Shown: in pieces, positions 38,908 to 47,002 of the stretch
Layout of the letters: each line of letters starts with the position of its first letter
Position numbering within the stretch: position 1 is the stretch's first letter
Virus genome (UHGV): UHGV-0204105
Reading direction: 5' to 3' (one strand)
Source of the DNA: a virus
Length of the DNA stretch: 64,000 nt
Position numbers and translations under genes: made by a program
Notes under the pieces: model-generated
Databases searched by the model: none
What the model saw: the letters and a program-made list of their open reading frames with translations, nothing else
Told to the model about the DNA's origin: nothing

Positions 38908-39520
38908 CCCCTGAAAAAGTCCGTTGCATCGGCTGTAACAGCATGGTCGATGCAAGAGCAGTTACCAATATCGCAACCAAAGAAAAGCCGTTCAAGGTTT
39001 GCCCGCAATGCGCGTTCATCGCCGGAATGTACGTTGTAGTACAAGGGCGGGAAGACAAAATATTCGAACCCGGCGCGCGTTTGATTTGTCCCGAATCGCC
39101 GCGCCAATCCGCAAAATCGTCAAGGAAGAGTATTTGAAAGACCCTGTCGGAACCACTGAAAAGTACATGGGGAAAGCTCTTGACGAAGAGAAGGAACGCA
39201 AAAAAGCCGAACGCAAGGCAAAGCGTGAAGCAAAGAAACGCGAAAAGGAGGAAGCAGAGCGCAAGGCGAAGGAAATCGCGGACGGCGTGTTTCACGTCCC
39301 CCACTCGCTGTACAAAAAGATACAGCTTAAAAACCGTCGGATCGTCCTTTTGCCGCTTGAATACAAGCCCTTCAACGCCCGAAAAGGCAAGGTGTTGACA
39401 ATCGTTTCCGAAAACGGAAATGTCGCAAAACGCCTTATCAAGCGCGCAAAGACAATCAACAATCAGGGAGAGCGCGTAATCGCCTGTATCCTCGAAGAAA
39501 AGTCCGCAAAAACTGCTTGA
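38904..39520 (+). CDS. Hypothetical region (38904-39137 and an overlapping frame ending 39520; possibly one frameshifted gene)
   Basis: Zn CxxC N-part; charged coiled-coil C-part in the -1 frame. Confidence 0.4.
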
Positions 39521-39555
39521 ATATTAGCAAAAACTCAAAGAAAGGTTATATTACC

Positions 39556-39987
39556 ATGACAAGCATGAAAATCAAGTTTAAGAAACTCACTTCAGAAGCG
39601 CAAGCTCCGAAGCAAGGCAAGTCCGGCGATGCCGGATTTGACCTTACAGCCACCCGAGTTGAACGCCTTGACAGTATCAGAGTTAAGGTGTATTCCGGTA
39701 TTGCCGTTGAAATTCCCGAAGGGTACGAAGGACAGGTTAGAGCACGTTCCAGTATTCACAAATACGACGCAATATTATCCAATGGTGTCGGAACGATTGA
39801 TTCCGGATATCGCGGCGAAATTAGCGCGGTGTTTTACCATTGCGGACCGGAATTGCCTTATGAAGCGGGAGACAGATTCGCGCAACTTATCATAAAACCA
39901 GTCCCGCGCGTCGAATATGTAGAGGCGGAAGAACTCTCTGAATCGGAACGTGGCGCGGGCGGTTATGGGTCCACGGGCAAAAACTAA
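39556..39987 (+). CDS. dut: Trimeric dUTPase
   Basis: AGFDL, RSS, GTIDSGYRGEI, RFAQLI, RGAGGYGSTG. Confidence 0.95.
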   Translation: MTSMKIKFKKLTSEAQAPKQGKSGDAGFDLTATRVERLDSIRVKVYSGIAVEIPEGYEGQVRARSSIHKYDAILSNGVGTIDSGYRGEISAVFYHCGPELPYEAGDRFAQLIIKPVPRVEYVEAEELSESERGAGGYGSTGKN

Positions 39988-40033
39988 AAAAACGAACTGA
40001 AACAAAGACAAAAAAACGGAGGCTTTGAAAAGC

Positions 40034-40648
40034 ATGGATTACAACAAGGTGATTTTGATTGGGCGCTTGACCCGCAAGCCCGAAATGCGTCATACCGCAA
40101 GCGGAACGGCTATCACCGGGATGTGCGTGGCTGTAAACCGGAGAATCGGCAAGGATGACAAGCAGGATGTTACCTACATCGACGTAAACGCGTGGGGCAA
40201 AACTGCGGAATTTTGCGAGCGGTATTTTGATAAAGGGTCGCCGATTCTGATTGAAGGGCGTTTGACGCTGGAAAAATGGACCGACAAGCAGGGGCAAAGC
40301 CGTTCTGCGCTCAAAGTTACCGCAGAAACGGTCGCTTTTGCGGAAAGCAAGAACAATAGCGACAACCGCAATGGCGGCGGGAATCGTGGAGGATATGGAA
40401 ATCAGCAGGGGAATTATCGCGGCAATGGCGGCGATTACAATACGAAAAACAACGCAAGAAACGCCCCCGGGAGCAACGAAAGGTATGAACCGCGTCAATC
40501 TTATCAGAAAGCACCAAACAGCGCGTACAACGCGCCGCAAAAAATGAATGGCAGTGAACATCGTTACAGCCCCGAAGACGAACCGCAAGCCGCCGCTCCG
40601 ACTCCGAATCAGCCACAAACAGAAATGAACGATGATATCCCGTTCTAA
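40034..40648 (+). CDS. ssb: Single-stranded DNA-binding protein
   Basis: NKVILIGRLT..PE.R; AWGKTAE; C-terminal DDIPF. Confidence 0.95.
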   Translation: MDYNKVILIGRLTRKPEMRHTASGTAITGMCVAVNRRIGKDDKQDVTYIDVNAWGKTAEFCERYFDKGSPILIEGRLTLEKWTDKQGQSRSALKVTAETVAFAESKNNSDNRNGGGNRGGYGNQQGNYRGNGGDYNTKNNARNAPGSNERYEPRQSYQKAPNSAYNAPQKMNGSEHRYSPEDEPQAAAPTPNQPQTEMNDDIPF

Positions 40649-40819
40649 CTCAAAAAACGGATGATTTGAAAAAAAGGCTCCCGCAGGGTAAAGGAATAAC
40701 CCCTGCGGGAGAGAAGAAAAAGAACGGAACAGATTGAACCAACCAACAAAAAGGTAACCAATCTCCAAAGCGTATTATATCCTGCTTCTTTGAAAAATCA
40801 AACGCTGAGGAGAAACAAA

Positions 40820-41491
40820 ATGCAAAAAAAGTGCAAAAAAAATGATTTGTCCAGTGCTTCTAATGAAAATCACAGCCCCGAATGCTGGGGGAAATATGAA
40901 CAATCTCAAAAATGTCCTGCTTGCGAATTTAAGCGCAGTTGCTATTTTTCGAAGAAAAACTCAATGGAGCAAGAAAAAAAAGACAATGAATTTGCCGGGT
41001 ATCGCGAATTCGATGACGCGCGGAAAGTGACTGTAATCTCCCCTGAAAAACGCACGTTTAAGCTGCCTGACGGGCGCATAATCGAACCTTCAGAAATTAA
41101 CCTAGCCTGTATCATATGGGCACTTCAATTCGGGAGCGAAAACAGGGGCGCGGCGATTGCTCTTGCACTCAAGCTCTCCGGCGCAAAAAGCATTACAGAT
41201 ATTGCGCGTGCAACTGGACGCTCAAAGCAAGCAGAGCACAAAAACATAGCGCGAGAACTTGGCGTGGGACAGAAAAAAGCGTCAGATTCAAAGCTGCTCA
41301 AGCTCACGCCGCGAGAATTTGCGGTGTATAAGCTAAAATTAAATGGGTTGTCGACAAGAGAGATTGCTAAAAAGCTTGGAATACATCAAACGCAAGTTAT
41401 GAGATGTGTTCACTTTTTGAATTTAAAAAAAGTCAATTTGTGTTCACCCGCTCTTCTGCGAAATAAAAAAATCAAAAAAAATCGGATGTGA
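40820..41491 (+). CDS. Transcription regulator with two HTHs (sigma region-4/LuxR-like); candidate late activator
   Basis: SITDIARATGRSKQA; LTPREFAVYKL...GLSTREIAKKLGIHQTQV; last gene of the early operon. Confidence 0.6.
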   Translation: MQKKCKKNDLSSASNENHSPECWGKYEQSQKCPACEFKRSCYFSKKNSMEQEKKDNEFAGYREFDDARKVTVISPEKRTFKLPDGRIIEPSEINLACIIWALQFGSENRGAAIALALKLSGAKSITDIARATGRSKQAEHKNIARELGVGQKKASDSKLLKLTPREFAVYKLKLNGLSTREIAKKLGIHQTQVMRCVHFLNLKKVNLCSPALLRNKKIKKNRM

Positions 41492-41568
41492 AAGCGGAAG
41501 AGGGTTGACAAGATTAGTAGAACCCCGCTCATGGGGAGCGGGGGAACAATAATATAGGAGCAAGTAAA

Positions 41569-41787
41569 ATGGCAAGAAAGAGAAATGTTCGGTCAATATT
41601 CGGGGGACCTTTCGAAAGAAGTCGTTATTATGGCGGCGTGAGACTGGATGCAAACGGGAATTTTAGCAGAGGGGGGAGTGTCTATCACCGTTCCTCAAAT
41701 GGCGAAGATTACTTTGTTGGTAGCATCGCCAATACTCCGTCGCTTAACCGCGCGTCAGTAAGTCAAGGCGGTTCGGGTGCGAGTTAA
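41569..41787 (+). CDS. 72-aa basic R/G/S-rich peptide
   Basis: AGGAG RBS; GTTGACAA motif upstream; ends QGGSGAS. Confidence 0.65.
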   Translation: MARKRNVRSIFGGPFERSRYYGGVRLDANGNFSRGGSVYHRSSNGEDYFVGSIANTPSLNRASVSQGGSGAS

Positions 41788-41809
41788 TAAGGGGCTTTTG
41801 CCCCTTATT
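41786..41809. terminator. Bidirectional hairpin spanning both convergent stop codons
   Basis: AATAAGGGGC-TTTT-GCCCCTTATT. Confidence 0.75.
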
Positions 41810-42173
41810 CCATTCTTTCAGATTCTCTGATAATCTTTTTAATTTGATTTTCAAAGTCCTTTCCGTTGAAGTATTTTTTCGAAGAATCGAACCCGTAAGT
41901 TTTCAAGAAGTTTAAACACTCCTCGCGATTTTTGAACGATACCGCGAACCAAAATTCCGAATCGAATACGCCTTGAATCGTTTTTTGATATTTTCGTTTT
42001 TTATCGCGATAGGCTTTTTGAAACTCGTTCAGCTCTTCTTTTGCATCCTTTTCGATGTCTCCTGTATACTCTATCGAGCTAAAGGGGGAATCATCCGGCG
42101 GAGCCTGTGTGATTGAGAATTTTGTGTTGTTGAAGTCAAATTCGCCTAAGTTTGTGCTTTTTTTACGCTTCAT
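41805..42173 (-). CDS. Putative partner of the PP-loop enzyme
   Basis: IEYTGDIEKD..EEL..FQ...R...DSEFWFAVSF..REE...FL; overlaps the upstream gene. Confidence 0.65.
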   Translation of the reverse strand: MKRKKSTNLGEFDFNNTKFSITQAPPDDSPFSSIEYTGDIEKDAKEELNEFQKAYRDKKRKYQKTIQGVFDSEFWFAVSFKNREECLNFLKTYGFDSSKKYFNGKDFENQIKKIIRESERME

Positions 42174-42957
42174 AATTCACCACGTACCTTCCGTTTTTTT
42201 TGATGAATGGTCTTTCGTTTTCGGGTAAAGAATCAACCCTTTGTATGTCCAGCTCTAAAAGAGGGAACCATTTTAACATAGTTTCGTAGTCTTCCGGGAA
42301 GCGTTCTTTGATCGGTTTTGCGTATTGATAGCCAATACCGTCAAAACTTCTCCCAAACAGTTCGTAGTCAATTGGGAGCTTAATTTTACGCCTTGCTATG
42401 GTGTCTTTAACTTCCTTTGTTGACCAGTCCCAGATTATTTTTACGTTATCCGGACCGAAAGGACCATGGTCACGCAACGCCATTCTCCTGACCATCGTAT
42501 CGCATGCTCGTACACCATTGGCTTGCAAGGTGTTTTGTGGCAAGCCTAAAGACTTTTTTAGACAGTTGTTTTGCGTGATATAATCAACTTGCAAAAAGCG
42601 AAAAAAGTCGAACACCGCCCATAATCTCCCCGGTGGCTGGAAGAGATTTTTGTACATCATCTGGTAAAAAGATGGATGTGGTAACCTATATATGTGAGTT
42701 TGAAATACATCCTCAAAGTATTTCAAACTTTCCATGTCAAACTTTAAGTCTGGTACTGGATATAGATAAACTGGAATAATGTTTTTGAAAAGCCCCGATT
42801 CCTGAAGAGCTATCCACGCGGCTATACTGTCTTTCCCGCGAGAAAAAGCGAGTAGAATGTTTTCTCCTGTCCTTTTTCGAGTCTCTTCCATTAGAGCTTC
42901 ACGGGACCACCATTTTTGACGTAAAGCGTCATTAGTCAACTTGCTTTCATGCATCAT
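42163..42957 (-). CDS. PAPS-reductase-like PP-loop (adenine nucleotide alpha hydrolase) protein
   Basis: LLAFSRGKDS PP-loop; GVRACD..VRR; LPIDY..FGRSFDG; WFPL. Confidence 0.8.
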   Translation of the reverse strand: MMHESKLTNDALRQKWWSREALMEETRKRTGENILLAFSRGKDSIAAWIALQESGLFKNIIPVYLYPVPDLKFDMESLKYFEDVFQTHIYRLPHPSFYQMMYKNLFQPPGRLWAVFDFFRFLQVDYITQNNCLKKSLGLPQNTLQANGVRACDTMVRRMALRDHGPFGPDNVKIIWDWSTKEVKDTIARRKIKLPIDYELFGRSFDGIGYQYAKPIKERFPEDYETMLKWFPLLELDIQRVDSLPENERPFIKKNGRYVVNYEA

Positions 42958-43162
42958 GTTAACTCCTTTTAGCTGTTGTTTTTTTTAAGGCAATGTACCA
43001 CGTTTTCTAGGCGTTGCAAGTGCCTTGATTGTCTTTTTTTGTTCAATGTCCTTAATGCTTACGCTTGCCACAGCAAGCGCAAGATGTTAAAGGCACTGCT
43101 CTTTGTCAAGTAGGTCCAAAATCGCCGCCCGGCGGCTTTGGTCCATGTTCGCAAAATTTTTG

Positions 43163-43696
43163 TCAGTCCGGTAAATCCAAAGTTTGAAAAGTCGAAAGAT
43201 TGTCATTGTATGCCTCCTTTTTTGCAAGATATTCCGCGTCAAGTTTACGCTCCTTGATTGTGCGGGCGATAGCTTCTGCTACGCCGTCCCAAATCGGGGC
43301 GCTAATATGTCCCAAGAAGTAATCTATTTCTGAGATTTTTTGGTTGTCGCATACATAAAAGACTTTGTCGCGAAAAATTGTCCAGCCGTCGCAAAGCTCG
43401 ATAACTTTTCCGTCGGCTGTGATTTTCGCAATTGCGGCTTTTACCGCGTCAAGGTACTCGCTGCCGTCGACCGGATAACGTACATTGTCGCGGCATACGT
43501 TAATGTAAACGTTGTCCGTTTCGCAGGGAAAGTTTTCACAGATGTCTCTAACTTTTGCTTCAGAGATATTGCCGTTCCTGATCGTGACGGAAAAACTGTA
43601 GCTGTCGTGCGAGTTTTCTGCGCACACGCTGACTTGCTTAGCGGTGATCCCCTCTTTCTTGAGGGCGGATCTGATTTCTTTGGCAATTTTGTTCAT
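43163..43696 (-). CDS. Hypothetical early protein
   Basis: Strong AAGGAG RBS; AKEIR..LK..G......VSV N-terminus. Confidence 0.6.
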   Translation of the reverse strand: MNKIAKEIRSALKKEGITAKQVSVCAENSHDSYSFSVTIRNGNISEAKVRDICENFPCETDNVYINVCRDNVRYPVDGSEYLDAVKAAIAKITADGKVIELCDGWTIFRDKVFYVCDNQKISEIDYFLGHISAPIWDGVAEAIARTIKERKLDAEYLAKKEAYNDNLSTFQTLDLPD

Positions 43697-43739
43697 TTTT
43701 CTTCTCCTTCTTTACGCCGGGCTTTTCGCCCGGCTTTTT

Positions 43740-43991
43740 TTAAAAGTCAAGGCAAATTTTCCCGGCGGCCTGCAACTCCATATATTCTTTCTTGCTGTAA
43801 TCTCTGTATCTTCCGGCTTTTTTGTCCCACCCCCAAGCATATTTTTTAATTTTCCCCTCGATATCCTCTATGATATGCTCCGCTTTTTCCATCTTCTGAA
43901 AATGCGGGTCTTTTGCTCTTTTAGCCGCTATTGCAGCTCTGTCCACAACAATGGCGGGGCTTGTAAATCCTGCAAAAGTTACCTTATACAT
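43740..43991 (-). CDS. Hypothetical early protein
   Basis: AAGGAG RBS; upstream TTGCAA-17-TATATT on the minus strand (~44048-44076). Confidence 0.6.
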   Translation of the reverse strand: MYKVTFAGFTSPAIVVDRAAIAAKRAKDPHFQKMEKAEHIIEDIEGKIKKYAWGWDKKAGRYRDYSKKEYMELQAAGKICLDF

Positions 43992-44216
43992 TTTTCTTCT
44001 CCTTGCCTTGCGGCGTTGTGTTGTTTGTTTTCTTGCTCTATGTCGTTAATATAAACCAAAAAAAAGAAAATTGCAAATGAAAAAACAAAAAAAATTGAAA
44101 AAAATTATTTTTGAGTGTAGAACGGTCGTTGAAAAGTTTTTGCAAGCCCTTGATTTGAATTTTTTATGCTGTATATTATATATATAGACTAACAAAAAAA
44201 GAAGAAAGGTGATACG

Positions 44217-44660
44217 ATGCCTAAAGGTGTGTATGATAGACAGATGACGGCAAACCACATTAACGCGGTTCGCGGCAATCTCAAAAAAGCTGTAGAGGCG
44301 TTGCGCTTGAAAGGCATAAAAGATAACCCACGAAGTCTTGCGGCAAAAAAGCGCAACGCAAAAAAAGCCGTGCGGGTCAGGGTTGCGCGGGCTATCCTTA
44401 GACATTTCCCCTTTGGAGCAAAGGCAGGGGAGGCTTTTACATCTTCAACCGATGTTTACATTGTGCTTGATGAAAAACCGTGGTTTGATACTGACCAGCG
44501 ATGGAAACAGCGTTTTAAGCGCCAAATCCGCGTAAAAGTAGGCTCGGAAGTCAAGAAGTTTGAGGAGACTGTAACTATTGCGTGGGATTACGAACCAACA
44601 GTTGAAAATCTCCTTGTCTTGCCAATCGTCGAAGAGCGCGAAAGCGGGGAGGACGTGTAA
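44217..44660 (+). CDS. Hypothetical basic protein
   Basis: AAGGTG RBS; AT-rich promoter upstream. Confidence 0.55.
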   Translation: MPKGVYDRQMTANHINAVRGNLKKAVEALRLKGIKDNPRSLAAKKRNAKKAVRVRVARAILRHFPFGAKAGEAFTSSTDVYIVLDEKPWFDTDQRWKQRFKRQIRVKVGSEVKKFEETVTIAWDYEPTVENLLVLPIVEERESGEDV

Positions 44661-45257
44661 GAAAGAAAAATTAAAAAAAACGACATGGGGCGACACCGTT
44701 TTTTTGCTTTTTGAGTTCAAAAAACGCGCAAACTCCTGATTTTTTTGCGACACTAAAGCAACATTAAAATCGCTTGAAAATGCCGGATGCCACGGACGGG
44801 AAATCGTCTAGGAAGTCCGGCTTTTTTTGTGCCTGTTTTGACCAGTCATAACCAGTAGTCACCAGTCGTAAAAAAAACAGAAAACCGACTGGTTTTTCCA
44901 AAATGGAAATAACCACGGGGAAAGGGGGCTATGGGGGTAAGGGGAAAAGAATAAAATAAAAATATGGCAGGAATCTATATTATATATTTTTAAATTAAAA
45001 TCCGCGCGTAGCGTACACGTGAGAAGAACAAAAAAAAGCGCAAGGTTGACAAGGTTCCCTCTATTGAAAACACGGGATTTTTTACGCTCTCTCTATCCCA
45101 CGCATGAGGCTCGGAGGAGAGAAAAAAAAGACTGATTCGGGAGGCGTTTGCATGGGCTATGTCTCTTTTGGTACAAAATGCAAAGAATCAGAAAAACAGC
45201 GCAAAAATACCAAAAACAAAAAACTCCTTAAAACATGGGTTGAAAGTGAGGGACAAG

Positions 45258-45725
45258 ATGAGCGATAAAAGCACAAAAACAACCGGACGCGGCGCAAGCA
45301 ATGCAAAAAAACGTTCTCCTGGGAGAGATGAAAAAGGGTTGTTTACAAGCGGGAATAAATTTGCCGAAAAATGGACCGAAGAAAAGGTCCTTTCAATAGG
45401 GAAGCAACTTCTTGAATGGATGAAAGAATCAGATGGTAATTTTTGGCTGGAAGACTTTCTGCATGAAAATGATTTGTATGTGAATTTTATAAACTCAATG
45501 TGCAATCGTTTCCCTCGGTTTAAGGATTATATCGCACGGGCGAAAGAAATTCAAGAGAGCAGAATTACCAAATTTGCGTTACTCGGAAATCTGGATACTG
45601 GCATGGCGCGATGGGTCTTGTCGGTACATCACAATAAACGTGACGTTGCGGAGACAAAAACCGAAGTCTCCGGCGCAGTGCAAACTGTCGTTGACCGCTT
45701 TACGCTCAAAATCGAGAACAACTAA
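45258..45725 (+). CDS. terS: Terminase small subunit
   Basis: GRDEKGLF..GNKFAEKWTEE; YIARAKEIQE; position upstream of TerL. Confidence 0.6.
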   Translation: MSDKSTKTTGRGASNAKKRSPGRDEKGLFTSGNKFAEKWTEEKVLSIGKQLLEWMKESDGNFWLEDFLHENDLYVNFINSMCNRFPRFKDYIARAKEIQESRITKFALLGNLDTGMARWVLSVHHNKRDVAETKTEVSGAVQTVVDRFTLKIENN

Positions 45726-45784
45726 TCACATCATGCAACGCCTAAAAAACGGCGCTTCTTGTTTTTTTTAAGGGAGGCTGAAAA

Positions 45785-47002
45785 ATGAATTACGGATTGC
45801 CTTACAAGGGGAGCAAGAATAAACTTGCGAAAGAAATCGTTGACCTTCTGCCCGAAGGGGAAGTTTTCGTCGACCTTTTCTGCGGTGGGTGCGCGGTCAC
45901 ACACGCGGCGATGCTGTCGGGAAAATACAAAAGATTCATCATCAACGATATTGACCCGCAAATGCCTCAGTTTTTCGCGGATGCGGCATCCGGGAAGTTC
46001 AAGAATGAAAAGCGCGTGATATCAAGGGAGGATTTCGCGCGGCTGAAAGACACGGATGCGCTTGTAGCGACGGTGTGGAGCTTCGGGAACCATCAGAAGA
46101 CCTATCTATGGAGCGAGGAAAATGAAAAGGTCAAAATTCCGGCGTGCAAAATGATTCTGGCTGATACGGTGGAAGAACGTCTGAAGTACTACAGGCAGTT
46201 CATTGGTGCGCTTCAGGACGTGAAAGCGGAGCTGGAGAGGCGGCGGAAGAACATGGAGCGATGCAAGGCGGAATACGGCGAAATCGCCGGAAGTGTGCGA
46301 GAGGAATTGCGAAAATATCTTTCCGAATCAGGGAAAAGACAGAGTGATATTGACAGACTTCTCGGAACAAACGGAATGGCGAATCATTACTTCGGCAAGT
46401 CGCAATGGGAGTTCCCTACGGAGAATGCGTATAACCGGATTCGCGAGGCGTGTCCGAATTTTCCGCCGTATGATTACTGGGGGCAGAGATTGCAGAGCTT
46501 GGAGAGCTTGGAGAGCTTGGAGAGATTGCAGAGATTGGAGAGCTTGCAGAGCTTGGAGAGCTTGGAGTTGGAGAGCTTGGAGAGATTGGAGAGATTGCAG
46601 AGCTTGGAGAGCTTGGAGAGCTTGGAGAGATTGCAGAGATTGGAGAGATTGGAGACAACCTCCGGTGACTATCAGAATGTGGAAATCCCGGACGGGGCTG
46701 TGGTGTATTGCGACCCGCCGTACAGAGGAACGAACGAATACAGGAACGGCGGGTTTGATTACGGGCGGTTTTACGACTGGCTCCGGTCGAGGGAATATCC
46801 GGTGTACGTGTCGGAATACGCGATGCCGGAAGATTTTGTTCCGGTGTACGAGAGGAAAAAAACTTGCACGCTGGGACATGGCAACCGTACCAAGACGGTA
46901 GAGAAAATTTTTGTGCATGAGCGGTTCGTGGACGATGTAAGGCGGAAAATCAGCGGACAACCGGAGCTTTTTGAAAAGAACGGGGAGGCTGTTGCTATAT
47001 GA
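45785..47002 (+). CDS. Dam-like (D12 class) N6-adenine methyltransferase with an HTH-like insert and a repeat tract
   Basis: LPYKGSK, FVDLFCGG, INDID, YCDPPY. Confidence 0.85.
   Translation: MNYGLPYKGSKNKLAKEIVDLLPEGEVFVDLFCGGCAVTHAAMLSGKYKRFIINDIDPQMPQFFADAASGKFKNEKRVISREDFARLKDTDALVATVWSFGNHQKTYLWSEENEKVKIPACKMILADTVEERLKYYRQFIGALQDVKAELERRRKNMERCKAEYGEIAGSVREELRKYLSESGKRQSDIDRLLGTNGMANHYFGKSQWEFPTENAYNRIREACPNFPPYDYWGQRLQSLESLESLERLQRLESLQSLESLELESLERLERLQSLESLESLERLQRLERLETTSGDYQNVEIPDGAVVYCDPPYRGTNEYRNGGFDYGRFYDWLRSREYPVYVSEYAMPEDFVPVYERKKTCTLGHGNRTKTVEKIFVHERFVDDVRRKISGQPELFEKNGEAVAI
46484..46655 (+). repeat. In-frame 9-bp tandem repeat (TTG-SAG-AGM) encoding L(E/Q)(S/R)
   Basis: About 19 units of ttggagagc, ttgcagaga and variants, with one 6-bp unit. 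Confidence 0.9.

Noticed and set aside
46293..46960. Alternative-frame ORFs with RAW/LQA/SSP repeats
   Set aside because: Shadows of the 9-bp repeat, which has no stops in those frames; the MTase frame carries the conserved motifs
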